A stretch of 64,000 nt of DNA from Amoebidium appalachense (Eukaryota; Protista; Ichthyosporea). Positions within the stretch are counted from its first letter, which is position 1. Each line of letters begins with the position of its first letter. The notes beneath the pieces are model-generated. The model did not search any database. It saw nothing but the letters and a program-made list of their open reading frames with translations, and was not told the DNA's origin. The position numbers and the translations under genes are program-made. This document shows, in pieces, positions 13,070 through 36,293 of the stretch. The DNA lies in NCBI GenBank assembly GCA_963693365.1, contig CAVNZM010000010.1, positions 5,767,794-5,831,793 of the forward strand, read 5' to 3'.

Positions 13070-14849
13070 TTTTGGGGGGGGGGCACGAGTTTTTCAACAG
13101 CACGAGAAGTTTACATGTTGAGATGATGTATGCCTGCCGGTGCTGTGTATGAACGAGGTGCCGTGCTAACGGTGCTCTCATTGTTGTTTTCTTCCTCCAG
13201 CGTGTGGGCTTCAAGGGCTGTGATACACACGGCAGCCAGTGGTGGGAGCCGGGTCCCAACAACCACGTGGTGGCGCATGACGGGTTCTATGGCTGTGTGG
13301 ACATCAAGTGGAAGGAGGAGGAGGCCCACCGTGAGGCAGCCCGCAAGCATGCCGAGTCTGAGGAGGCTGTAAGTGCTCCACCGGGGGGGGAGGGGGGGGG
13401 GGGGGGGGGATGATCCCGCATGTCAATTTGTGTTTGTTCGTTGACCAAGTATTTGGTGCATGTTCTCAAACTTTAGGATGGATAGGAATTCGTCAAACAT
13501 AAATCTAATCCGGTTGCGAAGGGAAGGTGTGAGCCATACCCATTGATTGGTGAAATTTCTGGTGTCTGTAATTGGAGATGGGGGGGGGGGGGGGGGGGGG
13601 GTTGATGAGGGCATGGTTGGTTGGGCATCTTGAGTCATCTTTTCGCTAATATCAGCCCTTGCCTAAGCCTACTGAGAGTTTCAAACGGGAACCGGGAGAT
13701 AAGGGACGATGAAAGGGTGAAGGGGTTAGGGGATGAGCTGACCGTCACTCTTTGGAACATTGGTCCTGTATAGGATGCACACATCGTTTTGTATTCTGAC
13801 AATATGTACAAAACAGAAAAACATGTACGTCACGTTCGAGGTGCACAACGGTCTGGCCAGCTCCGGCATGGGCTACTACGTGGTGGGCAACAAGCCCGAG
13901 CTCGGAGAGTGGGACCTCAACCGGGCAATTAAGCTGCACTGTGTGGCCTACCCGACATGGAGGGCAGAGGGGTGAGTGTGCATGCAGTCCTATCATGTGC
14001 ATGCTGTGATTGTTGTGTAATGTGCAGCATGGAGCACGACGTTTGTGTATCATGATATCATTTCCGGAGATTTGCTGCCTTCTTCGGCATCTTAGTACAC
14101 ACATAAGCACATGCCCATACACACTCACAAACACACACACACAAACACGCGCGCGCGGGGGCGTGCGCGCGCGCGCAGTAATTTTGAACACCCACGCGTA
14201 TACTGAAGATTTCATGCGATTTTACACCTCTATGTTGTAATGGTCACACCAACCATTTGAAGTCAAATGCTTTGCTATGGGGCACTACAAATGTTAATGA
14301 AAGTGGATCTACAGGACCTAGAGCTCAACTAATCTTCGATTTCCGCCTTTTCCTCCCCCCCTGCCTCTCCTTGCCTTCTTTCCACCTCATCCCCCCTTCC
14401 CCCCTTGCCCCTTCCCCCCTGCTCCCCCCCTCGCCCCCCATCCAAACACATACACATGCACACACACACGCACACACAAAAAAAAAAAAAAAAAAAAAAA
14501 AAACACTGTGGTGTCCCACCCGCAGGCATCCGGCTGTACGACTCGCACGGGCAGGATGTTGAGTGGAAGGTTGTGCGCATGAGCGAGGACAGGGACCAGT
14601 CCACGGCCTTCTACCAGCCCGGCTTCAACAACACCTTCAGGGTTACAGACAAGGTGGCAAACGTCTCCGTCGACCTGCAGATGGTACACCCCCTCCCGCC
14701 CTCCCTCATCCTCCCCCCCCCTCCCCCCCCCCCCCCCCCCCCCCCCCGGCAAGAAAAAAAAAAACCGATTCCCCCCTCTCCCCCCCTTTTCCTGCTCCCC
14801 TCTCGCCGCCTTCCATATTCCCTAAACCTCAACTCTCTCTTTCTCCCTC

Positions 14850-14913
<64 letters not shown>

Positions 14914-15346
14914 CCTCTCCCCCCCCCCCCCCCCCCCCCTTCCCCACGTCTATGCTTCCTCTTCAACCCCGCCTCCCACCCTCTTCGTCCCCCCCTTTCC
15001 CCCCCCCCCCCAACACACACACGAGACACTCTGCAATGTGCAGTGTGACGAAGCTTAACAACATAAGTATAAGACAGGCACACCCACTCCGTCACATCCA
15101 GCTGATACTCTTTCCCCGCCGTATCTTGGACCGTGAACGGTTAACCTTTTGAATGTATCTGATGACGACCCTTTTCAGGCCATCGAGAACGAAATGAACC
15201 ATCTCCGTGGACGGGTGAGTGCACTTGAGAGCAAGCTGGCCGGAATCAAGTCTGGTGACGTGGATTTGGATGATGAAGAGATTGATGCAGTGGCAAGCAG
15301 CGCCCCCGTCAGGTGCCCCGTGTGCAAATATTCCTTCCGCTCTTAA
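12057..15346 (+). CDS. Tandem CBM20 (starch/glycogen-binding domain) protein with C-terminal coiled coil and acidic tail
   Basis: Exons 12057-12296, 13201-13368, 13817-13971, 14526-14683, 15179-15346. Two CBM20 signatures: YIVGSTAELGKWD..W..VEWK..WEPGPN and YVVGNKPELGEWD..YPTW..VEWK..YQPGFNN. The exon 3/4 junction is off by 1 nt at a G run. An alternative last exon (15498-15542) is possible. Confidence 0.8.
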
Positions 15347-16097
15347 AGACTACTTTTAGATGTGAGAATGTTTCAAATTAGTTTTAAATATGGCAGTTGA
15401 AACCATGGTTCGAATATAAGTCGTCTGTGTTGTATGAAGATTATAGCAACCTTCTTCTTGTGCTTCTTTTTACCCCCCGTTGTAAGTTGAATATCAGGCT
15501 ACACCGGGCATAAGCGTAGAAAAGGGAAAAGAACCCGCATGATCGAACACTTTTGTGTATGTGCTTTCACCCGGTCCTTGGAGTTCACCAGCGATTAATG
15601 TTAGAAAATAGCTCCTCTGTCAGGTATAAGGTAGTAAATGTATGTTCATAGATTGTGCTCTGATTACTAATCGTGTTAAAAAAACTATGCACCGTGTTTC
15701 ATGATGTATTCATGCGATTGTGCTATTGTAAGTACATGACGTGTTCATATTCGGTTTATACTGGACGGTATTTTGCTACCGTAGGAGGTGCAGCAAATTC
15801 ATGCATTACTAAATAAATGATTTGAAAATAGTGCCCAACCACGAATGTATGCATATGTAAGAATGGTTAATAGCTCCCCCTCCCCCCTCCCCCTTCATTT
15901 TTCCTGACACACACGCGCATGCACATACACATTCACGAAAATCCCCCCCCCCCCCCCTCCCCCCCCCCCCCCCCCCCCTCCCTCCCGGAACCCTCCCCTC
16001 TCTCCTACTCCCCAACAATGCTCCTACGCCTTACCCTCCAACGTGCATTCAACAAACTTACTAATTAACACCACACATACATGCCAATCCTGGACCT

Positions 16098-16133
<36 letters not shown>

Positions 16134-16648
16134 TACACACACACACACAAACACACACACCCTCCCCTAAGAAAGGAAGGGAAGGGGGGAGGGGGGAGGG
16201 GAGGAAAGCACCCATAGTGTGTAGATATAGTTTTATGTACATGCATTCAAAACATTCGCAAAAATAAACTCACAAGCATCTATGAATAATGGACTAAAAT
16301 TAGCCTGGTGTACCCCAGCCGCGAAGTTTGCTTCTTCGATCATCCAACCACCTGCTGAAAGGCATACACATGAACCCTATAGTATTACGAATTCGAACCA
16401 TCAGGAGATGCCTTGGGGCTCTGTTCAAGTGGCACGTGTTCATATAGCATTTCCGGTTTCTGATTGGTGCCTTTTGATGGTTTGCTTTTTACTGTTTTGC
16501 CTCCATGTTTCCAGCCCATATGCACGCATCTAGTCCCCCCCCCCCCCCCCCCCCAAAACACCACCACCACCCGCTTTCAGCCCCTGCTCCAGTACCAACT
16601 CACGGCCCTTTCATGATCATCTTCCCCCCCCCCCCCCCCACCCCGCAT

Positions 16649-16691
<43 letters not shown>

Positions 16692-17264
16692 TGGCACCAC
16701 ACCTCGACGCTCATATATATATGGCAGAATGACTGTGATAACAATACGCCGAGAGTCATCCCCATTTGGTATGTCTAATATATCCACTACGAAGCCGCCC
16801 TTCACGTGCTCAACCTTTTGGTATATCACGTCTGACACCATGCGTCATATAGCGCACACCACACTTCACCCTATCACGGTACATCCAATACATTACTAAT
16901 TCACCCTCCATACTCCAGATCGCTAAATTGTGTTATTAGTCCTTCATGTTTATATTTCGTACAACCTTTCGTCCATACAGCATACGACTTCATTACCACC
17001 TCTTCCCCATTCAGGTGCAAGCCCTAAACACCATCATTGCCACCCTTCATTCAATATAAGGTCTATTTTGAAAGTTATAATATCTCCCTTCACCCCCTTA
17101 AGTTTCATCTTGTTATAGACACACTCTATCAAAGTTCCGTGGCTTCACAAAAGCATTCCCATACGATCCTGATAGAGTAGCAATGCCGACATACATGCAC
17201 TTTATATTCTTCTCAGGTTTCGTTCATTCATTTTATATATATTTAAACACAAACAATCCCAATT

Positions 17265-27231
<9,967 letters not shown>

Positions 27232-27817
27232 CTGCAAAAAGGGAATGAACAGGCTCAGATTCCAAGGTGATTCTGTCAAAGAAAATGTAAAAGGAAGCCA
27301 TGAAGCCAAGGTGACGAGCATGTTTTTGGTGCTTGCTGGTCGATTCAGCGAACCCGTGCCGTGCAAAAACAAGCTGCCTTGTTTCGTTTATGATCAAGCC
27401 TGACTTCACAGAACTCCCAGTTTTGACAAAATCTGAGGAGAAAGGGGGGACGCTCAAAACCAAGGCTATCCAGAAGAGCCTGATAGAATTACAGGTGGAT
27501 CCGATCAGAACTACCTAAAAATAGGGGGAAAATAGAGGGAGATAGGGGTGTGGTAGGGTGTGGTAGGGTGGGGTGGGGTGGGGTAGGGTGGAGTGGGGGG
27601 AAAGGTGTTTGTGATTTCGAAGGTAACCGTTCAAGAAGACAACAGGCAGGTAGCATGTGCGTGTGCGTGTGGGGATGAGTGGGTGGGTGGGTGTTTTGGG
27701 GGGGGGAGGGAGGGGGGAGGGGGAGGGGGGGAGGGGGGGAGAAGGAGTGAAGTCATGAGAGTAGGAAGGTAAGGTGTTGTGTGTGTCACACGGTGTAAGT
27801 GTGTGTTTGTTTGGAAA

Positions 27818-27864
<47 letters not shown>

Positions 27865-28568
27865 GGGAGGGTCTGGAGCAAAGCCAAGATCTCAAACTGG
27901 AAACACACTTTGTTCGTCGCATTTTTCCAGTTCTTTAGCGACCACGCTAATGTCTTCTGAAATGTTACGTTATGTTATCTATCTGTCCATTTCGTTTGTC
28001 GTTTTAGGGAAACGATCCCTGTGGCACTTTAGAAGTGGGTTGCGACGCTCTACATTCCGAAGTTGGCCCAAAATAGATCTATTCAAATAGGTTATTTTTA
28101 GGACTCTACTATTCAGCTCCTGCTATATTTAGGTTCAATACAGGTGTGACGTAATCATTTTGGGTGAGTGTACGTACATGTGAGCTCCTTGGCGCGAAAC
28201 GCTCACACAGAAAGGACTAAGAAATAATACGGCGTGCGCATGCCTGCCTTTTGTGCATGTTTTCTTGTTATTAATGTAGCTATTTGTAAGGGTAGAAGGA
28301 CGAGCTAGGTTCGTTCAGCACCCTGTATTAGGGTGAAAGGGCATCTTTTTGAGGTTAAATCGTGTCGACAGGGAGAAGAAGGGAAGTGATGTGCTAAGGA
28401 CAGTCTGGTTTGTAGATGGCACATCACCTGCTTGATGAAACAGCACCCAAGGGGAATAGACAACTATAAGGGTGCCTTGCACCACAAACAATAATATAGA
28501 TAAGGGGGCTTGTTTTTTAGTTATAGATATTTGGTCGTGGGTTTTGGCCCCGGGTTGGAAAGGAGAAA

Positions 28569-30162
28569 ATGAACGACGCAGACGAGAGTGTGGCAAATGA
28601 GGACTGGCGCATCTGGAGGGCACGAAAGGTATACATCCATAAAACTATACATTGGAAATGGGGTAGCATCTAACTTTTTTCAGCCCAGAAAATGGTGGAA
28701 GAGTGCCTGTGTTGTGTAGTTTTTCTTGTTTTGTTTTACTGCTCTGTCACTTGGTTGCTGATTGGCATACTAAGCCCTCCATGACGACTGGGTTCATCAG
28801 GCTATCTCCTCGTCAACACTACACTCTTTTTCACTAGTTTATATCGACCTGACCTAACACCATGTGCCCCCCCCCCCCCCCCCCCCCCCTTCCGCCCCTC
28901 CCCCTCTCCCTCCCCTCCCCCTTTCCCACATAATTGCCTTCAAACCAAGCTAGGACTGAAGGCATAAACACCAAGCATGTCAAAATCGTTCGTAGTTATG
29001 TACTTGTGTCTTTTTTGGTCTCTTTCAATTCATCACTATAAAGTGACAAACGTCTCTTGTCATTTCACTAAAGTGATGAAACATTCTCATATTTTTGGCT
29101 TTGCCAGACGCTGTTTCAGATGTGCCACGACAGAGGCTACTTGGTGGCAGCCGAGGAGTTGAACATGTCACTGAGCGAATTCAGAAATCGCTTCCCAGGT
29201 GCTGCCACTGCACGGTATGATAAGCAAGTTTCAGATTTTCTTCTTTTTCTTTTCTTTTTTTTTTTTTTTTTGCCCGCAGCTCATCAAGGTGGCAAACTTG
29301 AGCCGTTTGGTTCCAAGCAACTATACTTTTTCATGACGTGTGCTTGTTGTTGGGCTTAATTGTTGTTCTTATCGTTACATGGCTTTGGAAATCCCTCACC
29401 TCAGCCCTTATTTCTGGCCAATCAACCCCTGCTTTGCCTACCCTCCTCGTGACAGACAACCCCATTGTGTCTCCTTCTGCTTTCCCCAGCCACATGCATG
29501 AACCAAGCTCATCCTTCCCTCCATCTCCTCCCGTCTTTGTATCCGTGTTACCTTCCTTATCTGCTTGTTCTCCCGCCCGTTCCCTTGTATTCTATGCCTT
29601 TTTCTCCACCCTTTCACCATAACCTTTCTCTCTCGCCCTCCTCTCCTCCACCTCCGGCCCATTCCCTTCTCTTTCTCCTTTCTGTCATCCCCTCCCCACC
29701 CCCCCCCACCCCCACCCTCTTCCCCCCTCGTGTTTCCATTCCTCCCTCCTTTACTCTATTCTCCCCCCCCCCCCCCCTCCCCTCCCTCTCCCTACTCCCT
29801 CGGTCCACCACTCCCTTCCCCCTCTCGGTCCCTCCCACCCTCCCTCTCTCCGTCCCTCCTTCCCTTCCTTGCTCCCCCCCCCCCAACACACACACACACC
29901 TCCTCTCTCCCTCCCCTCGTCCCCCTCCCCCCCCATGTTTCCTTCCGTCTACCCCCTCCCTCCATTCCCCTGCATCCTTCCCTCGGGCCTTCCCTCCCTC
30001 CCTCCGTCCCTTTCTTCCTCCCTCCCTCCTTCCCTCCCTCCCTCCCTTCCTCCCTCCTTTCCCCCTTCCCTCCCTCCTCTCCCTCCCTCTCCCCTCCCCC
30101 CCTCCCTCTCTTTTTCCCTCTCTCTTTCTCTCTCCTCCCCCCCCCCCCTCTCTCTCTGTGTG

Positions 30163-30202
<40 letters not shown>

Positions 30203-30609
30203 TTCGACAGCCATTTCTTTTACAATCACATTTGTCACTGATACGTATTGGGTCATAGGAGCCCTACTCCTCCAACCACCCACTGCCTTTACTCTCAATG
30301 CTACTTTGTCCCTCCCCCCCATCACATTTACACCTGCCTGTCATTCTCACCCACCCATCTCCTCTCTATCTCACCATCTTCCCCCCTCCCTCTCCTACCC
30401 CCCTCCTTCCCGTCCGCCCCCTCCCCCCCCCCCCCCCCCCCCCCACCCACCCACCCACTCACCCTTGCTCCCTGTCCACCTCTTGTTCACCCTTCCTCTC
30501 TGCCTCTCCCTCCATCCATCTGTCCGTCCCCTGCACTTCCTCTTTTTGGTCGACCTGTTCACCCATCATCCTGCCCTTCCCCCCCCCCTCCCCCCCCCCC
30601 TCCCCCCCA

Positions 30610-30648
<39 letters not shown>

Positions 30649-31001
30649 CCTCCCACCCACCACCACTACCACCGTCTAAAGCATTTGCTTTGTCCGCCTC
30701 TTCGCCCTGCCTGCCTTTTATTTACTTAAGTTTTTGCCTTTTCCTTGTTTCCAATCATGCTTATTATTGGGGTCATTTCAACTCCTGCTTATTTCTTTTG
30801 GTTCCCGCAAATACTCAAGCAAGGGCCCTCCTTATTCATGGAGTGTGCTCCCCGTGTAGATCATGTACTGTCCACCTCCCCCCTCCCTGCCCCCCTCCCC
30901 CCAACCACCACCACCACCAGCACACCTTCATACCTCACCCTTACTTTGTCAGGCGAGCGAGCACACACACACAAAGCAGGCACACACACACACACATACA
31001 C

Positions 31002-31079
<78 letters not shown>

Positions 31080-32173
31080 GAACGACTTCTTCTCTTTCTC
31101 CCTTCTTACCCCGTTCGCACCTCATCCCCACTTAGTTGCATCATGCTACCTTTGATCACAGCCCCGTATTGCACGCACTGTGAGGTGCTTCTCGCGTTGC
31201 CACCTGCTTGTCCCTTATTTTTTTCTCATGATCCAGCTACCCGCACGTGCACGCACGTGCACACACATGCACACATATGCTCACCTGCTCACGACAGGTT
31301 TGTTGAATGCACACGTCACACCTACACACCTGAGTGCAGTTGCTATGTGTTCTCTAGTTGAAGTCTTGTTCTCGAGTGGCCCAAGTTGTTGGCTTGCACT
31401 TAATCCAAACGGTTGTTTTTGCATTAGGGAGGGGGGGGGGGGGGGGGGGGGTTACTAGGTTGATGGATGGACCATTGCTGGATGTAGTATGAGCAAGGAC
31501 AGTTAAGTGTTTTTTTGTCATGGGCATAGCATGTGTTTTATGTTGTGTGTGTGTGTGTGTGTTTTTTTTTTTGGGGGGGGGAGGGGGAAGGGGGGAAAGA
31601 GGCAAGGAGACCTTGATGTTTAACGGTCTTATCGGTGTTGTTCGGGGTTATCGTTTTAACATTGGGGTTATCATAAGAAAGTTTTTTTTTTGTTTGTTTG
31701 CTTGTTTGTTTGTTTGTTTGTTTGTTTGTTTGCAATGTGCTTACGTAAGCTTGTGCAACCCTTGCAGGAGCTCCCTGACGATCTGTGTGTCCAACAAGAA
31801 CGACCAGGCAGACAAGCTGTTTGTGTTTTTTCCGGAGGAGAGGAAGATCGGTGTGGCACCAATCAAGCAGTATGTGCCTCAAAACCCCACCACGGAGAGG
31901 GGGAGGGGGAGGCCCCGGGTGAGGGGAGAGGGGGGGGGGGGGGGGGGGGGGGGGGGGAATCTTGAACTGGAAAAGGGGAGGATGAAAAGAGGGGGGAGAG
32001 AGAGGGGAGGGGGGGGGGGGGGGGGAGGGGGCGGCTCTGTTTTAGAACATAAAGCTGGGCTTGTAGGTCGAAAAGCTTTTATTGGGGTAGGTTTGTGGCG
32101 GCAGCCTACAAGACCTGTATGAGTGGATTGTGGCTGATTGCAAGCAAATCTCATGGACTGGAATTGGGCTGCA

Positions 32174-32252
<79 letters not shown>

Positions 32253-33172
32253 AAGTGCGCACGCACGTGTACTTGCACGCGCGCTACGTGTGTGTGTGTG
32301 TGTGTGTACAGTGTTTGCAGAGGCACACGTACTGACCAATTTGCCTCTTACAGGTATTTTGAGAAGATGCAGGCCGAGAGCGTGTACCGGTCCATTATCG
32401 TGGTCATTGACGGCATCTCCCCCATGGCTAAGGGCGTACGTGCTCCCCGTGCACACACACAGACACGGCCAGACGTGCATGTGCATGCACGTGCAAGCAC
32501 TCGGCATTTACGGGAATCAGGCACACGTTGCAAGTACAAGTGCACAAACACTCTACATTTACGGGAAGTCAAGCACACGTTGCAAGTACAAGTGCACATG
32601 AACACGCGGCAGGCACAGAGGCTTCCAGGCACGCACACCTACGTGCACATCGTTATGCATGTACGTAGACACGCAGGCAGCTACGTTTTTTCCCCAACAT
32701 ACAAACAGACACTGTGCACACACCAACACCCACATAGAACTGTACACCAGCACAAGCACGCTGGCGCATGTGCCCCTCACCAAATCACGTACATGTGCGC
32801 ACACCAATCAACAATGACATGTAAATGCTCACACATAAACCGACACCAACACAGACACACCTCCCCCTTCTTCTCATGGAAAAGAAATGAAAGGCCAGAA
32901 GGTTGACAAACACACACACTGGATTGCTTATATACCCACCCACCCCGTTCCTCTCCCCCCTTTCTCACCTGCCCCCCCTCTCTCTTCCACAGTGTTGGAC
33001 CCTCTCTACATCTAAATGGGTGCACGACTGAAACACATGAACACGCAGTCACACACATACACACAGTTGATCGCATCACTTGTACTCGCTCACGTGCTGA
33101 CACACCGACCTAGACTCACCTACTCCCCCCTTGCCCACCCCGCCACCACCGCCCCCTTCAACCCTCCCCCTC

Positions 33173-33203
<31 letters not shown>

Positions 33204-33348
33204 ACACACACACACAATACATGCCCTCCCGCCTGTTATTCCCCCCAACCCTTACCTGCAATAGGCACGCACTGGCACATATGAACATACACCGCACACT
33301 TGCACATTTACACACGCACACACACACACACACACATACGCACATACA

Positions 33349-33397
<49 letters not shown>

Positions 33398-33416
33398 ACA
33401 TGCACGTACACACACA

Positions 33417-33459
<43 letters not shown>

Positions 33460-33775
33460 ACACGTACACACACACGTACACACACACACACACACATACA
33501 CGTACACGTACACACACACACACACGTACACACACACACACACGTACACACACACACGTACACGTACAGCAACTGAACAAGGTGCCCAAGTACACGATGG
33601 AGATGTTCCTTGAGAGTGAGCTGCTAGTCAACATCATGGAGCACGAGCTGGTGCCCAAGCACATCATCTTGACGGAGGAAGAGAAGAAGGAGGTTCTCAA
33701 TAGATAGTACGTGAACTTCAACCCCCCCCCCCCCCCCCCCGGGCCCCTGACATACACAAATACACACACACCAAC

Positions 33776-33806
<31 letters not shown>

Positions 33807-34138
33807 AAAAAAAAAAAAAATACTACCAAGAAGCCGAAGGAAGAACCCCCCCCCCCCCCCCAAAAAAGGGGGGGGGGGGGGGGGGACCACACATCCACAT
33901 ACACGCACACAAGGGGCATAAACATATACACGTAGGCATGCACACACACACATACACACACACACTTACGTTCTAAGACACGCCCACACCGACTTACATG
34001 GGGGGGCGCGGGAGAGGGAGGGAGGGGGGGGGGGGGGGACGCAGCAAGTGGATTTTTAATCTATTTGGCCGTGCACAATGCTTGAGAGGTGGTTAGTGTC
34101 TGACGTTTGGTAGCTGTGGTGGTGGTGATCACCGCCTC

Positions 34139-34170
<32 letters not shown>

Positions 34171-34419
34171 TTTTTTTTTGGTATGTGTGTGTGTGCGTGT
34201 GTGTGTGTGTTTCATTGGTTGGTTGTTTTGGGGGAAAGGGGGGGGGGGGGGGGGGGGGGGGGAGGAGAAGTAATGATGTGTCAGAGTATGAAATACACAC
34301 ACACGACGGACAATGCAGATAGCCGAGCACACACAAATAGTATGCACCATAAGCAGACTGCCGGGGGTTGGGGCAAGGGGATGAGGGATGGGGGAGGCAG
34401 GGAGGGAGGAGGGGAAGAG

Positions 34420-34450
<31 letters not shown>

Positions 34451-35852
34451 GGGGGGGGGGGGGGACGGCAGGAAGAAGTGAGGGAGGGGGGAGAAATGGG
34501 AGGGGGGTGGGAGGGGGGCAAAGGTGGGGGGGGCGGTAATGTTGTATATGTGACTGACTGTGTGTTATGCAGTAAGCTGAAGGACTCGCAGCTACCGCGC
34601 ATGCAGAAGAGTGACCCCGTGGCACGATACTTCGGCCTCAACAGGGGACAGGTGGGTTGCACACGACAGTACACACACATGAAGCCTGTGGGGAGGGGGG
34701 AAAGGGTGCGCAAGGGGGTGTACGGGGGACGTGGCGGGGGCGACGGGGTGTGTGTGTGTGTGTTTGGGCCCTGTGTGTTTGGGCCCCGGGGGGGGGGGGG
34801 GGGGGGGGAGGGAAAGGTGGATGAAGGGGGGGGGGGGGGGGGGGGGGGGGCTGCATGACCTGCGATGCGAGGCTTTGTGGCTTTGTGAGTGTGGTCTTTT
34901 GGAGGGGGGGGAGCGGGGGAGCGGAGAGGGGGGGTATTTGCATGGTGCGCAGAGGCCTGTTTTGTATATTTGTAAGTATGCAATCGTGTCTGCACACTAT
35001 TCTATTCCTATTGCACTCACACACGGGACACAAGGTCTGCACACGTCGATACTTCATTGCACACATGCACTGACCCTTTACTTCCATGCAACCGGGCATG
35101 GTTGCTCTGTGTCGTGCATCTGTAAGCACATACGCGTTTTTCGCTGCACTCCATTAGTTTGCACACACATCTTCACCGTTTTGCTCACCTTGCTTGCATA
35201 AGCAACCCTGCTCGTCTTTGATCAAGACGGGTTGACCCACCCAAGTTCAGTTGATGCTGCTGTCTGAGTTGGAGCGTCGTATATACGCGGGCTAAGGGGT
35301 CGAAACTCAGACGCAATTGATGACTTGGGCTCTCCCTGAGGATGGGCTCTGCTTATGACGCATACTGTGCGCATGGCTGATGTTGCATACTTGAATGTTT
35401 GCCTTTGCATGTGTCCTGCACCATGCTTCTCATCATGTATGCGTACTTCGTACGGTGTTCCGCATTCAACCCCCCCCCCCCCCCCCCCCCCTCTCCCCCC
35501 GTCCTTCTCCGGCTCGGTCCTACTGATGTCGCATAGTTCGTCTCCATCATTTATCCGTTGATGTAACTTCAGACCTCAAAGTGTGTACTTCATTCTTACC
35601 CCTCCCCCCCCCCCCCCCCCAATTGATGACTTGGGCCCTCCCTGAGGATGGGCTCTGCTTATGATGCATACTGTGCGCATGGCTATGTTGCATACTTGAA
35701 TGTTTGCCTTTGCATGTGTCCTTCGTGTATGCGTACTTCGTACCTTGTTCCGCATTCAAACCTCCCCCCCCCCCCCCCCCCCCCCCCCCCTCCCCTCGGT
35801 ACCAACGTCAAGCACGCACCCATACCCACGCACACACATACACACCCACACG

Positions 35853-35893
<41 letters not shown>

Positions 35894-36078
35894 CCACACA
35901 CACACACATGCGCGCGCGCTTGCACACCCGCACAAACACACACCCACACACACACACACACACGTGCACACACACACACAACACACCCCCCCACACACAC
36001 ACACAAACACAGCTGGTCAAGATTGTGCGCCCCAGTGAGACTGCCGGCCGCTACACCACCTACCGGCTGGTGATGTAA
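28569..36078 (+). CDS. RPB5: RNA polymerase I/II/III common subunit RPB5 (RPABC1)
   Basis: Seven GT-AG-bounded exons 28569-28628, 29108-29214, 31768-31869, 32354-32435, 33570-33706, 34573-34651, 36013-36078 give 210 aa with [41 protein letters not shown] and [17 protein letters not shown]. Confidence 0.98.
32495..32598. repeat. ~55-bp tandem duplication in an RPB5 intron
   Basis: CATTTACGGGAA..GCACACGTTGCAAGTACAAGTGCACA occurs twice. Confidence 0.8.
35188..35469 (+). mobile_element. Subfamily B long copy with complete structured core (RPB5 intron)
   Basis: Opposite orientation to the copies in minus-strand genes; ends GCATTCAA-poly(C). Shares GCATAAGCAACCCTGCTCGTC, GTCGAAACTC and CTGAGGATGGGCTCTGCTTAT with subfamily A. 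Confidence 0.85.
35620..35760 (+). mobile_element. Subfamily B truncated copy (RPB5 intron)
   Basis: Matches the 3' half of 35188-35469; poly(C) on both sides. Confidence 0.85.
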
Positions 36079-36293
36079 AGACTGGGCAGGCACATGTTAC
36101 TTATTACAGGCAGTTATCGTGTACATACTAGTAGGCTAATAAAGCATTGTTGCGGACTGGTCCCCATGACTATATCTCAAAGTATTGGCCTGCTGTGGAC
36201 GTGTTGTGTTGAGGGAGAATTTGTGTTGACCCGTACATGCCTTACTGTGTATGCGTGTGGGGTTGTGTGGTGGGGGGCGAGGAGGGGGGGGGG

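Noticed and set aside
29465-31361. 598-aa Pro/Ser/Leu-rich ORF
   Set aside because: Lies wholly within RPB5 intron 2; it is a pyrimidine-rich low-complexity tract with no domain signature.
35318-35339. Box C/D snoRNA reading (TGATGA..CTGA)
   Set aside because: Box C is not conserved in subfamily A (GGATGA), the boxes are only ~12 nt apart, and the truncation pattern fits a mobile element.
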